64,000 bases of DNA from an uncultured bacterium (GCA_963749495.1 CAVVMW010000004.1:384001-448000); one strand, 5' to 3'. Positions 29,479-41,268 are shown, numbered from the stretch's first letter. Made by a program: numbers and translations. Notes: generated by a model not told the origin, from the letters alone.

Positions 29479-32400
29479 TCACCACCCGAAGAAGCGGTAG
29501 GGGTCATCCCACTCCGTGGGCCGGGTAAGGTAGAGGCCGTCGAGCCAGCGGCCGGTTGTTGGGTCCTGGATTGGCTCGAGGCGCACATCGGCGAGCCAGA
29601 GTTTGCCGGTCCCTGTAAACCAGATCTGGAACTTGGCGCCCTTGGCCGCCGTGTCCTTGGCTTGGAGAACGACCGAATTCGTCTGCCATTGCGCCTTGGG
29701 CGCGAAGTTCTGGTAGTCGAAGAGCGCCTGCCAGTTGGCAGTGTTCTGCACGGTCCAGGAGATGTTCCTCGAGGTCAGACCCTCGGCTCGAGTTCGCAGG
29801 GACAATCGATACCACTGGGCGCCGGTGATGGGCAGATCGTGCTGGGCGATCATGACTTCCGGCGGCTTGGCGCCGGGGGCGACGGGCGGGACCTCGATGC
29901 GCTGGGCCCAGCCGCCTCCCGGGCCGTCCAGCGGCTCGCGCGCGCAGACGGCGCCTTTGACACTCGAGCCGAATTCCCATCCGTCGGCCACACCGTCGCC
30001 GCCGGCCTGGGCGCTGAAATCCCCATTCTTGACGAGCGACGCGCCCGTGGAGGCGCCCACCGGCTCGCCGAACCGCTCCAGGAGCGGCGTCGCCCCGGAC
30101 ACGCCCAGGTTGCCCAGCAACCGGCTCACCGCGAAGGAGGTCCGCCCGAAGGTGCGGCGCAAGTTGAATTGCTCCGGCCCGTGGGTGAAGAACCACGATG
30201 CCAGGCCAGCCTCGAAGTTGGCGTTCTTGAACAGGTTGCGGCCCGGTGAGGCGGTCGCGGCGGAGGCGGAGTCACCGCTCGGGACGTAAGCGCCCTCGTA
30301 GAGCCGCACTTGGGAGACCTCAAACCTAGTGCCTTCACCAGAGCCGTTCAGGTAGGCCTGCCAGCCTTCGGGATAGGCCCTGTCCACCGTGAACGTCATT
30401 TCCAGCTCCGTCCAATCGCCCGGCCTGACGGTGATGTCGGGTCCGCGCGCCACCCGATCCCAGGGGTCGCCCGCGCGCTCGACCTCCAGGCGCACCATGG
30501 CGGGCCCGCCGATGGGCTTGACGCGGGCGGCGAAGGTGTAAGTCTTGCCGGGGGCGCCCGCCGGCAGCTTCTGCCCGAATTGGGCATAGGCCAGGCTGCC
30601 CATCCGGACCAAGGCGCTCTTGCTGGGCTGGCCGGCGCCGTCCTGGGCTACCTCGACGGAGCTGAGCGCCCCCATCGCCTTGCTCACCTGGAATGGCGGG
30701 AGTTGGCAGAAGACCACGTTGCCCGTGGAGGCCAACACCCCGTCGCCACAAACCGTCGCGCCTGCCCTCACCAAGGGCAGCGTGCGCGGGTCGCGGTTGT
30801 GAACATCTGCCGGCGCGACCCCGGCCAGCAGCGACTGGGCGCCCAACGGGGGGAACCAGGCGGCGATATGCTCCGCGGGCTGCATTGTCACCTTTGTTGG
30901 CAGGAACGAGTTGGCCTCCGCCTGGTCCAAGCCGAGGGCCAGAACGCGGCCTCCCGCCTTGACCCACGCAGCGGTGGCCGGGGCCTGCAGCGAACGGCCC
31001 CCGCCCGGTCCTACCACCAGGACCTGATCCGCCGCGGGCGGGTCACCGTTGACTGCCCCCGCCTGGACGCCGCAGGCCGCCAGCCAGGCCAGGCCGGCGG
31101 GGTCGCCGGCATACACCGCAGTGCGCCGGGGACTCGGGCGCCAGCCATCCACATACCGGAGGATGTTGGCTGCCAACGTTTCGGCCGCAGGGTCGCTCTC
31201 GGTGCGCCCGCTCACATCCATCTGGCAGAAGAGGACCAGTCCGCGGCCTTCCCGGTATTCGAGCAGCGGGCTGTACTGGAGGGCGTAGCCGCCGTCGAGG
31301 ATGGGCAGGAAGTCGCCGCGGGGCGGCTTCTCGATGAGCACTGAGGCCACGTTGCCCCAGTTGCCGCAGCGCCACAGCCGGGTGACCTCCAGCCCGCACC
31401 AGCGCACGGCGGGCGCGCCGTTGTAGCGCGGACTCAAGGTATAGGCCATCGTGGGCGGCAGCAGGGTGGAAGCGCCGCGCCAGTCGTGAAGATCCTCCGT
31501 CTTGAGGCCGGCCAGCAGCGGGCTGTCCGGCACGCGCGGCCAGACCTGGCGCAGGCCGTATTCTTCCACCCTGAAGCCGAGGCGGCGCTCGAGGACCTGG
31601 GCCGTCTGCTCGAACACGACCACCTTCAGTCCATCGGGCACCCGCTTGAGCGAGGGCGCAGCGCCATCCACCGTCAGGGCGCCCTTGCCGATGAGCAGCA
31701 CGTCGAAGCCGGAGAGATCCGTGGCGGCATTAACCGGCTGGCAGGCGACACCCAGCCCGGCCAGCCATTTGGCCGTCTGGCCGGGCGGGTCGAACAGGGC
31801 GATCTTCGAGAGCGGCCTGGGCGGCGCGCAACGCGGGATGACCTGCAGTGCAAACGAGTCTTCCTGGCCCTCGCCGGCGCTGGACTTGAAGCGGGCGGTG
31901 ATCCGGTAATTGCCCGGCGCCAGGCCGGCAGGCAGCTCGAGTTCGCACCGGCACGCGGGCCTGGTCGCCGGTCGGTATGACCAACTGCCTGACGCCCCCG
32001 GCCGCCGGGGCCACGTCTGCCGACCACGAGGCCTCGCCGGTGACGGTCACCCGCGAGTTATTGATCACGATGAGCTGCTTTTCGATCGTTTCGCCGGCGT
32101 AGAACGTATGGTCCTTGGTGGTGAAATGCTCCGGCTTGCCTGCGAGCCAGGCCAGCAGGGGCAGGTTGTTGCGGAGCAAGGACTGGGCGGTGGGCGTGGC
32201 GACCCAGTCGGACCGCTCGTAGGCCATGTCGAAGCGGGCGTACGTGTGGTCGATGAAGTCCGGGCTGTAGCCCGGCTGCTGGAGCTTGTCCCAGTCCACG
32301 GGCAGTGCCTGGGGGCGGTGTTGGAAGCCGTCGCGCAATTTCCAGAAGCGGTCGTGCTCCCAGGGCGAGTTGCCCGAGAGGCCCCAGGTGCGAAAGGCGC

Positions 32401-34469
32401 GCCAGTTGTCGGTCGTGTAGGCGGCCTGGACAGGCTGCATCTCGTCCAGGCGCACGTCGCCCACCGGGGTCGGATAATCCCAGCGATGCCAAGTGCGTCC
32501 CTGGCGGAACTGCTGGGCTTCCCACCGCAGGTTGCGTTTTTCCCGCTCGCTGATGCGGTAGGCCGCATCGCCCAGGAATTGGGCGTTCCATTCTGCCAGG
32601 CAGTACTCCCACGGCACGGGCGCGCTGCCGAACTCGCGCTGGCCGTTGTACCAGCCCCGGTACATGGCCCAGTCCCACCCAAAGGGCGCCCCGTATTCGA
32701 CCAGGAGCAGCGGTTTGTCCCCCGCGCTGGACCAGTGCTCGAACCAGTCGTCCAACTCCTGGATGGGGACAAAATTCGGGTAGAAATTGAGGGTGTACAT
32801 CGCGCTGAGGTCGCCCGACGAGTGGTGATAGACGATTCGCGCCGGGTCCAGGCGCTTGACGATGGCCTCGCAGCGCAACGCGAGCGTGGCGTTGCGGTCG
32901 GCCCACGGGTCTCGAGGATTGCTCAACCCGTCCATCATCAGGGGGTTCGTGTCCTCGTTGTAACCGGTGGCGTTGTGGCTCATCGCGTAGGCGACGACCG
33001 ACGGATGGCTGCCGGCCACACGCGTGTAAAACGCCGCGTGGGCCGCGTAACCGTTGGTCTGGTCGGCGTCCGGCGTCTTCCAGTCGTAGGCGCTGAAGTG
33101 CGGCTGCGACAGCGCCACCAGCATCCCCGTGTCATCGGCCGCGCGCAGGATCTCGGCGAAGCTCAGGTGCGCGCCGGGTTCGCAGCCGTAGTTGTGGGTG
33201 TACACGAAGTTGATGCCGAAACTCTTGAGGCGCAGGAGACTCTCCCTGGCCCCCGCGTAGGTCGCCAACGCGGCCCCCACCTGCGCGTTGTCCAGCGGCA
33301 CCAACGACAGGTACAACCGGGTGCCGTTCAGGTAGAAATCACGGCCCTCTATCCAGAACTCCCGGAACCCGAACCGCACCGGTGCCGCCGTGTCCACCGC
33401 CTGGCCGTCCGCGTCCAGGAGCGACACCTCGGCGTCATATTGGTTCTCGGGCGTGTGGATGTCCCATAACTTGGGGGGCTTCCAGGACGCTGTGAACGCC
33501 GTGCGGCCGTTTGTGAGGCCGAGGGCGGAAAACGCCGGGCCGGTGAACTCCGCCACGGGGTTCGCCGTGTCGCTGATCCGGGCGCGCAACTTATACTGCC
33601 TATCGGCCGAGAGCCCCGCCAGGCCCGCCTCGAAGGTGACCCGGCCCTGGCGGAACGAGGTCTGGAGCCGGACCGAGTTCGAGCCGCGCCCCGGGCGGTT
33701 CGCTCACCAGCCAGAGGTTGCCGCACAAGCCGCGGCGTTCGACCCTGCCCTTCCGCTGTTTGGCAGTGTTGGTATCGTTGTAGGACTCCATCAGGGCCTT
33801 GAGCGGCATCGCCACGACCAGCAGGCTCAGGACGTGCTTGGCGCCCGGGCGGACCGCCGCGGAGAGGTCCACCTGGCCGGCGGGGAAGCGGAGTTGGCCC
33901 ACCGCCCGGCCGTCAACATAGATTGCCGCGTAGGAATTGAGGTACTCCACGTCCAGGAGGATGCGCCGGCCGGTCCAATCGTGGGGAATGGTGATGGTGC
34001 GTTCGTACCAAGCGCTGCGGACCTCGCGCAGGCTCATGTCCTTCCAGCTTGGGTGCGGGTAGAGCCTCTGGTAATCGCTCTGCAAGTAGTCCTCGCTGCC
34101 AGGCCAACAAGCGGGGACTTTGCAATAACCCCAAGCCGCAGCCGGCACATCGAGGGCGTTCTCGGCCGCCGGCTGCCAGCGCCAAAGCCCGTTGATGCAC
34201 AGGCGTTCGCGGGTTGGGGTGGTCTCGCGCCTGGCCTTGGCCGCGTCCCACACCGCCTTGACGCCCGGCGGCAGCGCCACGGCAGATTGGTCCTGCGCCG
34301 CGGCCGGGCAGGGCAGTGCGAGCATGCCCCACGCGGCCACCAGCAGCAGGGCCGCCTTAGCGCGGGGTGCGGGATGCAGGTCACAGGCCGGGGCGGGGGG
34401 CGTTCGAGCCGCTTGCAGCAGCCCGCTCTTGGGCGCCAATTGCCTGGCGGCCGCGTGGAGCGTGTTCAT
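29479..34469 (-). CDS. Very large secreted GH2-like protein with CBM4/9-like domains; frameshifts near 33678 and 31942
   Basis: INGLWRWQP, AWYERTITIP.DW.GRRI.L, LWDI.TP...Y, FGFREFWIEG.DFYLNG, ADD.GMLV, HPSVV; NLFKNANFE and LVKNGDFS CBM starts; one extra base at each break. Confidence 0.8.
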
Positions 34470-34558
34470 CGTGGAGTCATTCTTCCATCCACCGCCTTGC
34501 CGTATCAAGCCTTTTACAACGGATTGCCCAATTGCCCGGGTTCTGCTAAGGGTAATTC

Positions 34559-35728
34559 GTGCATTCTTTCGTCCAGCGCGGCGAATTGCGCGACCTCTAT
34601 GAGAAGGTCGCCGCCGGCGAACGGATTTCCGAGGCGGAGGCCTTGCGGCTTTTCGAGAGCCGGGATCTGCACTCGCTAGGGGCCATTGCGGACCTGGCCC
34701 GGCAGCGCCAAGTGGGGCGGCGCGCCAGCTATATCCTCAACCGTTACCTCAACTACTCGAATTACTGCATCCTGAGCTGCCGGTTCTGCTCCTTCGCGCG
34801 CAAGAAGCGCGACGCCGACGGCTTCCAGTTGAGCATCGAGGAGATGGCCGGCAAGGCGCGCGAGGCCCTCGGGTGGGGCATCACCGAACTGCACATCGTG
34901 GGGGGGCTGCACCCGAGCCTGCCCTTCAGCTACTACACGGACATGCTCCGGGCCTTGAGGGCGGTGGATGGCCGCCTCCAGTTAAAGGCCTTCACTGCCA
35001 TCGAGGTCCTGCACCTGGCCTGGCTGGCCAAAAAATCGGTCACCCAGACTCTCCTCGAGTTGAAGGCCGCCGGCCTGGACTCGCTCACTGGCGGCGGCGC
35101 CGAGATCTTCCGCAAGGAGGTCCGCTCGGCCATTGCCCGGGGCAAGGAATCGGCCGAGGAATACCTGGACGTGCACCGGACCTGGCATCGCCTGGGCGGG
35201 CGCAGCACCTGCACCATGCTCTATGGCCATATCGAGTCCACGGCCGACCGTGTGGACCACTTGCGCCAATTGCGCGCCCTCCAGGACGAAACGCACGGAT
35301 TCGTCGGTTTCGTGCCCCTGCCCTATCAACCCGGAAACAACGACCTGCCCGTGCGCCACCCGCCCACGGGGTTCGACATGCTGCGCACACTGGCCGTGAG
35401 CCGCGTCTATCTCGACAACTTCCCCCATCTCACCGCTTACTGGGTCGGCCTGGGCCTCAAGCTGGCCCAACTGGCCCTGAGCTTCGGCGCCGATGACCTC
35501 CACGGCACCATCCTCGAAGAACACATCTTCCACATGGCCGGCGCCAACACGCCCCAGGCGCAGACCGAAGCCGAGATGGTCCAGGCCATCCGCGAGGCCG
35601 GCTGCACCCCGGTGCAGCGCGACACCTTCTACGAACCGATCAGAATCTGGGAAACCCCCGAAACGCCCGCCGCGCCCCTCCAGCGCCCGCGCTCGTCCCT
35701 CCTCGAGAGCAACCTGGCGACGGGGTGA
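34559..35728 (+). CDS. mqnE: Aminofutalosine synthase (radical SAM, futalosine menaquinone pathway)
   Basis: CILSCRFC, HIVGGLHP, KAFTAIE, GGGAEIF, TMLYGHIE, LQDET.GF, DNFPH..AYW; GTG start. Confidence 0.85.
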   Translation: MHSFVQRGELRDLYEKVAAGERISEAEALRLFESRDLHSLGAIADLARQRQVGRRASYILNRYLNYSNYCILSCRFCSFARKKRDADGFQLSIEEMAGKAREALGWGITELHIVGGLHPSLPFSYYTDMLRALRAVDGRLQLKAFTAIEVLHLAWLAKKSVTQTLLELKAAGLDSLTGGGAEIFRKEVRSAIARGKESAEEYLDVHRTWHRLGGRSTCTMLYGHIESTADRVDHLRQLRALQDETHGFVGFVPLPYQPGNNDLPVRHPPTGFDMLRTLAVSRVYLDNFPHLTAYWVGLGLKLAQLALSFGADDLHGTILEEHIFHMAGANTPQAQTEAEMVQAIREAGCTPVQRDTFYEPIRIWETPETPAAPLQRPRSSLLESNLATG

Positions 35729-35822
35729 GAATGACGAATGACGAATGACGAATGACGAATGACGAATGACGAATGACGAATGGCCCGTCCCTTTCGTCAT
35801 TCGTCATTCGTCATTCGTCATT
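35729..35822. repeat. Inverted heptamer array (AATGACG)n...(CGTCATT)n
   Basis: Begins immediately after the mqnE stop. Confidence 0.9.
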
Positions 35823-35880
35823 GGTCCCTCGCGTCCCTTTCCCTTCTCGACGCCGCTTTTTGTCTTGGCAACCGCCGCGC

Positions 35881-36702
35881 ATGCCGCACCCTTTCCGGGT
35901 GATTCATGCCAGTGCCATTGTGCACCCGGAGGCCAAGCTGGACCCGACGGTCCGGGTCGGGCCTTACGCCGTGATTGATGCAGGCGTCCAGATCGGCCCC
36001 GAGTGCGACATCGGCCCGCACGTATATCTGACCGGCCAGACGAGCATCGGCGCCCATAACCGCTTCTTTGCCGGCTGCGTCATCGGCGAGTCCCCGCAGG
36101 ACCTGAAGTACCAGGGCGAACCGACCGCCCTGAGGATCGGCGACCATAATGTCTTCCGCGAACACGTCACCGTGCACCGCTCGAACCACGCGGGCGAGGC
36201 CACGATCATCGGTTCGCACAACTATCTCATGCAGCACAGCCACGTGGCCCACAACGTTGTGTTCGGAGATTACGTCATCCTGGCCGGGGGCGCCCTGTTG
36301 GCGGGGCACGTGAGCGTGGGGGACCGCGCGTTCATTTCCGGCAACTGCCTGGTACACCAGTTCGTGCGCATCGGCGCGCTCGCCCTGATGCAAGGCGGCT
36401 CGGCCGTCAGCAAGGACCTGCCGCCTTACGTCATCGCGCGCGGCGCCAACGGCCTCTGCGGCCTCAACACCGTCGGCCTGCGCCGCGCCGGCTTCTCCCT
36501 GGCCCAACGCCTGGAATTGAAACAGCTCTATCATCTGCTGTTCCGCTCCGGGCTGAGTGTCCAGGCGGCCATGGCGCAAGCCCGCCAGCAGTCTTGGGAC
36601 GCGCCCGCGATGGCCATGCTCGATTTCATTGCCGCCTCCAAACGCGGCATCTGCTCCGATGCCGGCCGCCCCACGCTCTTGGAGCCGGAGGAGCAGGGCT
36701 AA
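35881..36702 (+). CDS. lpxA: Acyl-ACP:UDP-N-acetylglucosamine O-acyltransferase
   Basis: IHASAIVHP hexapeptide repeats, PQDLKYQGE, FREHVTVHR, HVAH, VHQFVRIG, GLN.VGLRR.GF. Confidence 0.93.
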   Translation: MPHPFRVIHASAIVHPEAKLDPTVRVGPYAVIDAGVQIGPECDIGPHVYLTGQTSIGAHNRFFAGCVIGESPQDLKYQGEPTALRIGDHNVFREHVTVHRSNHAGEATIIGSHNYLMQHSHVAHNVVFGDYVILAGGALLAGHVSVGDRAFISGNCLVHQFVRIGALALMQGGSAVSKDLPPYVIARGANGLCGLNTVGLRRAGFSLAQRLELKQLYHLLFRSGLSVQAAMAQARQQSWDAPAMAMLDFIAASKRGICSDAGRPTLLEPEEQG

Positions 36703-37152
36703 AGGCCAGGACCAAGGCTAAAGGCTAAAGGCTGAAGGCTAAAGTACGAAAGCAACTCGTCAGGGGCGCTTCCCGGCACTGCCCCCGGGGTGGGCCGGTC
36801 CCCGAAATGCGACAGCCTGGGCTGGAGGGAGCTTGCGAGCGGAGGCCCGGGTCCGATGTCACCAGGATTTCACGCTCGTCCCGGAGGGACGCATGATAAT
36901 AGCCCGGCGTTTCAACGCCGGGTGAGCGGACACAGGGAGCAGGTCCGTCCCGAAGGGACGGCTGAAAGCAAGGAGCATTCTCAGCCGTCCCTTCGGGACG
37001 AGGGTCCCTTTCGTAGCCTCCCCGGCGTTGAAACGCCGGGCTATTGTCAGATGTCCCTCCGGGACATGCACGTGCCGAGGCGCGTCTTTGAATGAACCAC
37101 GCAGAGCTTTGCCTCCGTCCTTCAGCCTTTAGCCTTTAGCCTTTAGCCTTTA
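36698..37152. repeat. Nested intergenic repeat: (GGCTAAA)n...(TTTAGCC)n enclosing a GTCCCGGAGGGAC-type REPIN (36878-37066)
   Basis: Read directly; the REPIN has a second copy at 53680-53861. Confidence 0.85.
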
Positions 37153-38035
37153 CTTGCTCAAGGAGGAAGTCGCGCCAGGCCTCCAGGCCCTGGCCGGTGC
37201 GGGCGGAGGTCTCGAACACGCGCGCCCGCGCCGCCACACGCCGCAGGTTGGCCAGCGCCAGCTCCCGGTCGTAGCCGCACGCCCCCGCCAGGTCGGTCTT
37301 GCTGATGACCACCACGTCCGCGCCCTGGAACAGGGGCGGATACTTCAACGGTTTGTCTTCGCCTTCGGTGACGGAGAGCAGGACCACGCGCAGGTCTTCG
37401 CCCAGGTCGTAGGCAGCGGGGCAAACCAGGTTGCCGACGTTCTCGATGATCAGCAAGTTGAGGCCGTCGAGGTCGAGTTTCTGCACGGCCCGCGCCACCA
37501 TCTCGGCTTCCAGGTGACAAACGGTGCCGGTGGTGATCTGCACGACCGGCGCCCCGGATTCCCGCAGCCGCTGCGCATCGTTGTCCGTCGCCAGGTCGCC
37601 CACGATGATGCCCGCCTTGAGCCGGGGGCCAAGCGCCCGCACCGTCTCCCGCAGAAACGTGGTCTTGCCCGAGCCGGGCGCGGAAAGGACATTCAGGACC
37701 CAGAGGCCGCGCGCGAGGAAAAAGCCCCGGTTCCGTTCGGCCAGCCGGTCGTTCCTTTCCAGGATCGCCCGCCGCACCTCGACGGTGCGGCGCGCCTCGG
37801 CGGCCTCCGGGTGCTCGTGAGCATGGCTGTGGTCGTGGCCTGGGTCGTGATCGTGGCCGTGGTCGTGATCGTGGCCGGCTGCCTCGTGGGAATGGGGATG
37901 AACGTGCGCGTGAGCGTGGGCGTCGCCATGGTGCTGGCCCGGGCCATGCTCGTGTTCATGCTCGTGTTCGCCGTGGTGGGCGCTAATCCCGATCGGCTCT
38001 TCCGTGGGCAATCCGCATCCGCACTCTTCGCACAT
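37136..38035 (-). CDS. hypB: Nickel-insertion GTPase with His-rich N-terminus
   Basis: MCEECGC, poly-His tract, [42 protein letters not shown]. Confidence 0.95.
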   Translation of the reverse strand: MCEECGCGLPTEEPIGISAHHGEHEHEHEHGPGQHHGDAHAHAHVHPHSHEAAGHDHDHGHDHDPGHDHSHAHEHPEAAEARRTVEVRRAILERNDRLAERNRGFFLARGLWVLNVLSAPGSGKTTFLRETVRALGPRLKAGIIVGDLATDNDAQRLRESGAPVVQITTGTVCHLEAEMVARAVQKLDLDGLNLLIIENVGNLVCPAAYDLGEDLRVVLLSVTEGEDKPLKYPPLFQGADVVVISKTDLAGACGYDRELALANLRRVAARARVFETSARTGQGLEAWRDFLLEQVKAKG

Positions 38036-38376
38036 CAGTCAATCTCCATCGAGGCCACTTCCATCTCACGACCGGCGCGGAGTTCCCCGCTGGGCCTGTG
38101 GCAGGCGGGACAATCCGCAAACAGATCCTCGGACACGAACTCGCGCGAGCAGGCGGCGCACCAGAACCGGGCCGGCACGCACTCGATGGCCAACTCCGCC
38201 TTTTCGGCCAGGGTCCCGGGCGCCAGGACCTCGAAGGCGAACTGCAACGCGTCGGGCACCACCCCGCTGAGGGCGCCAATGCGCAGGCGAATCACAAGCA
38301 CCCGATGGGCGCCGGCCTGCGTGGCCTGGTCGAGGGCCATGCTCAAGGCGCTCTGCATAATCGATAGCTCGTGCAC
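38035..38376 (-). CDS. hypA: Nickel metallochaperone
   Basis: GTG start [25 protein letters not shown] and CPAC, GREM. Confidence 0.95.
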   Translation of the reverse strand: MHELSIMQSALSMALDQATQAGAHRVLVIRLRIGALSGVVPDALQFAFEVLAPGTLAEKAELAIECVPARFWCAACSREFVSEDLFADCPACHRPSGELRAGREMEVASMEID

Positions 38377-38447
38377 GTTTGTCCGAAACACGCCGGTCTG
38401 CCGGCCCGCCGGTTCATCCAGCCAGGCCGGTCCCCATCCTTCTAATC

Positions 38448-38816
38448 TTATGACCCGCACGCGATTCTGGCAACTGTCGCGTCCAGAAAGCTAAGATTTT
38501 CCCGGGCCATTTCCTGCATCGGATCGAGCTCCAGGACACGACCGTAGGTGATTTTGGCGGTTTCGAGGTCCCCGGCTTCGAAGAAACATCGGGCCAGGAG
38601 CAGCAAGTAGTGGGAAGTGAAGCACCCCACGGCCCCGGGCCTGAGCGAGGGCGCCTTCAGGTTGAGCGCATTGCCCAGGGAAGCGGAGTGGCGCCTGTAA
38701 TTCTGCTGCAGGTTGCAGGCTGCAAGCTGCCGCTCCAACTCCTGCCTGCGGCCCAAATTGCCGTCCAGGTTGATGTAGTAACCGGCATAGTGCATTCGAG
38801 TGTGTCGTTGAGACAT
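38448..38816 (-). pseudogene. Internally deleted gene: GT25-like N-terminus fused to a single terminal TPR
   Basis: YYINLD....RR...GAVGCF.SH (GT25) joined to LARCFFEAGD.E.A...Y.RVLELDP..E.ARENL; GAGGAG RBS. Confidence 0.7.
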
Positions 38817-39009
38817 CTCCTCTGAGCAACTTACTTGCCAACCTCTGGCTTGTGGTTCCGACTCCAGCCTTGCATCGGCTCCCGGCTCAGGCACACTGGC
38901 GCTGCACGAAATGGCAAGAAAGCGGCTGAGAACGACCAGAAAGACCCGCCTGGACTCCCTGACGACGGTGCTTGGCGCGCCCTGCGCCTGCCGCCGTTGA
39001 GCCGGATTT

Positions 39010-40530
39010 ATGGCTGGCACACCCCGCGAAGCACAGGCGCGTTTCGATCAGGCCCGGCGATGGCAGGCCCTGGGCCGCCAGCCCGATGCCGCCCGCTGCT
39101 ACGTGGAGGCGCTCCAACTATTTCCCGGCTTCGTCGAGGCCGCCTTCAATCTCGGCCTGTTGTTCCAGGAGATGGGCCAGCTCCAGGAGGCCATCGGCTG
39201 CTACCACCAGGCCGTGCGCATCCGGCCCGATTTCGCCATGGCGTGGGGCAACCTTGGGGCGGCCTGTCACCACGCCGGACGAATCCAGGAGGCCCTGGAC
39301 TGTTTCCACCAGGCCCTGCGGCTCAAGCCCGGCGCCCCCAATGTGTTGAATAACCTGGGCAATGCCTTGCGCGCCCAGCTTGACCACCGCCAGGCCATCG
39401 CCTGTTTTCAAGAAGCCCTGCGCCGCTCACCCGCCGACGCGGAAATCCATCTCAACCTGGCCAACGCCTGGCGCGAAATCGGCCGCCCGGCGGAGGCCGC
39501 CAACTCCCTGCGCCGGGCCATCCAATTGCGTCCCGATTTCGCCGAGGCGCATTGTGACCTCGCCTTTGCGCTCTTGCTTCAAGGCGATTTTGCGCGCGGG
39601 TTCGAAGAATACGAGTGGCGCTTGCGCCGGGCCCGCTGCGCGCCTCGGCAGTTCCCGTTTCCGGCCTGGCGCGGCCAAGACCCGCGGGGCCGGAGGTTGC
39701 TGGTTCACGCCGAGCAAGGCGCCGGCGACGCCATCCAGTTCGTCCGCCTCGTAACCGCGCTGGCTGCGCGCGGCGCGCACGTGGTGCTCGAATGCCCCCC
39801 AGCGCTGGCGGCTCTCCTCGAGTCGGTGGAGGGAGTCGAACGGGTCATTTGCCGCGGCGAGACCCTCCCCGAAGCCTCCGGGGCGAAGGAAGGCGCAGCG
39901 TCTGCTCCCGAACACCCCGCCTTTGACTGGCACAGCCCGCTCCTGAGCCTGCCCCACCTCCTCCATCTCTCGCTGGATACGATTCCCACCAGAACACCTT
40001 ACTTGCGGCCGCCTCGAGGGCGCCAGGAGCGGCTGCCCCCGCTCTCCGATGCGCAAGGCCGACTCCTAAAGGTCGGACTGGTCTGGCGGGGAAATCCCCA
40101 GCACAAGAACGATCGCCATCGTTCGCTCCCGGTCGAGTTGCTCGAACCGCTGCTGGCGGTGCCGGGGGTGGCGTGCTACAGCCTCCAGGTCGGCGCGCCT
40201 CCGGACGCCCCGCTACCCGGGCCTCCGTTCGACAAGCTGATTGACTTGCAGAAGCTGATCCACGATTTCGGAGATACCGCGGTGCTCATGAAGCAGCTCG
40301 ATCTCATTATCTCGGTTAACACCAGCACGGTTCATCTTGCGGGGGCGCTGGCGCAGCCCGCGTGGTTGCTGCTCCCGTGCGCGCCCGATTGGCGCTGGCT
40401 CCTCGGCCGAAACGACAGTCCCTGGTACCCCAGTCTCCGCCTCTTCCGCCAGCCTGTCCCCGGGGACTGGGCCAGCGTCGTGCGAGAGGTGCGCGCCGCC
40501 CTCGCCTTGCGCGCTGCAACCTCCCGGTGA
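39010..40530 (+). CDS. TPR-repeat protein with GT9-like glycosyltransferase domain
   Basis: About six TPRs; EYEWR, EQGAGDAIQF.R, VGLVW.GNP.H.ND..RS, DF.DTA, HLAGAL, DWRW....DSPWYP. Confidence 0.9.
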   Translation: MAGTPREAQARFDQARRWQALGRQPDAARCYVEALQLFPGFVEAAFNLGLLFQEMGQLQEAIGCYHQAVRIRPDFAMAWGNLGAACHHAGRIQEALDCFHQALRLKPGAPNVLNNLGNALRAQLDHRQAIACFQEALRRSPADAEIHLNLANAWREIGRPAEAANSLRRAIQLRPDFAEAHCDLAFALLLQGDFARGFEEYEWRLRRARCAPRQFPFPAWRGQDPRGRRLLVHAEQGAGDAIQFVRLVTALAARGAHVVLECPPALAALLESVEGVERVICRGETLPEASGAKEGAASAPEHPAFDWHSPLLSLPHLLHLSLDTIPTRTPYLRPPRGRQERLPPLSDAQGRLLKVGLVWRGNPQHKNDRHRSLPVELLEPLLAVPGVACYSLQVGAPPDAPLPGPPFDKLIDLQKLIHDFGDTAVLMKQLDLIISVNTSTVHLAGALAQPAWLLLPCAPDWRWLLGRNDSPWYPSLRLFRQPVPGDWASVVREVRAALALRAATSR

Positions 40531-40546
40531 AAAGCCCTGAAATTGA

Positions 40547-40570
40547 AGCAGGTTGGGAAACCTGCGCTAC
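40547..40570. repeat. Half copy of GTAG-type REP
   Basis: GCAGGTTGGGAAACCTGCGCTAC between convergent stops. Confidence 0.6.
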
Positions 40571-40623
40571 AAACTCGTGCGCCCTGCCAAACGGGGGCAG
40601 TGTCGGGATGCGGCCTCCGCCCT

Positions 40624-41124
40624 CTATTCCTTCTCCCCCCGTTTGCCGGCCAGCTTATCGATCTGGTAGAGGCCGTTGTGGTTTTGTCCCACCAGCTCGA
40701 GCTGGGCGACGAAATCGCTGACGGTCTTCTCCTCCTCGACCTGCTCGTCCAGGAACCATTTCAGGAGCGAGAGCGTGGGGTAATCCTTCTCTGCCTGGGC
40801 CAGTTCATAGAGGCCGCAGATGGCGGCGGAGACCTTCCGTTCGTGGGCCAGGCTGGCCTGGAAGGCCTCCAGCGGCGATTTGTAATCGCACTTGGGCTCG
40901 CCCAGGCCCTTGAGCGTCACCCGTCCGTTCCGTTCCGCGATGTAATCGAAAAACTTGCGCGCGTGAACCAGTTCCTCGTCGGTCTGCAGCTTCATCCACT
41001 TTGCAAAGCCGCTGAAGGGAGTCTGCTCGAAATAAGCCGCCATCCCGAAGTAGGCGTAGGCGGCCGCCAACTCGAGATTGATTTGTTCGTTTAGTGCCTT
41101 TTCCAATCCGTTGGGTAATTTCAT
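40624..41124 (-). CDS. ftnA: Non-heme ferritin
   Basis: LNEQIN.E..A...Y, EELVHA.K, HE..V, L.WF.DEQVEEE ferroxidase residues. Confidence 0.92.
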   Translation of the reverse strand: MKLPNGLEKALNEQINLELAAAYAYFGMAAYFEQTPFSGFAKWMKLQTDEELVHARKFFDYIAERNGRVTLKGLGEPKCDYKSPLEAFQASLAHERKVSAAICGLYELAQAEKDYPTLSLLKWFLDEQVEEEKTVSDFVAQLELVGQNHNGLYQIDKLAGKRGEKE

Positions 41125-41203
41125 AGCTCTCAGATTAGTTGACCTGCGCCATTTGGCAAGCAGTTCGCGACCCGCCCAAATCCTCGCCTAAAGCAAATCT
41201 TAA

Positions 41204-41268
41204 ACCACGGAATACACGGAACACACGGAAAAAGGCCCCTTTCCGTGTATTCCGTGTGTTCCGTGGTT
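41204..41268. repeat. Inverted 9-mer arrays (CACGGAATA/ACA)n
   Basis: AACCACGGAATACACGGAACACACGGAA followed by its reverse complement. Confidence 0.85.
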
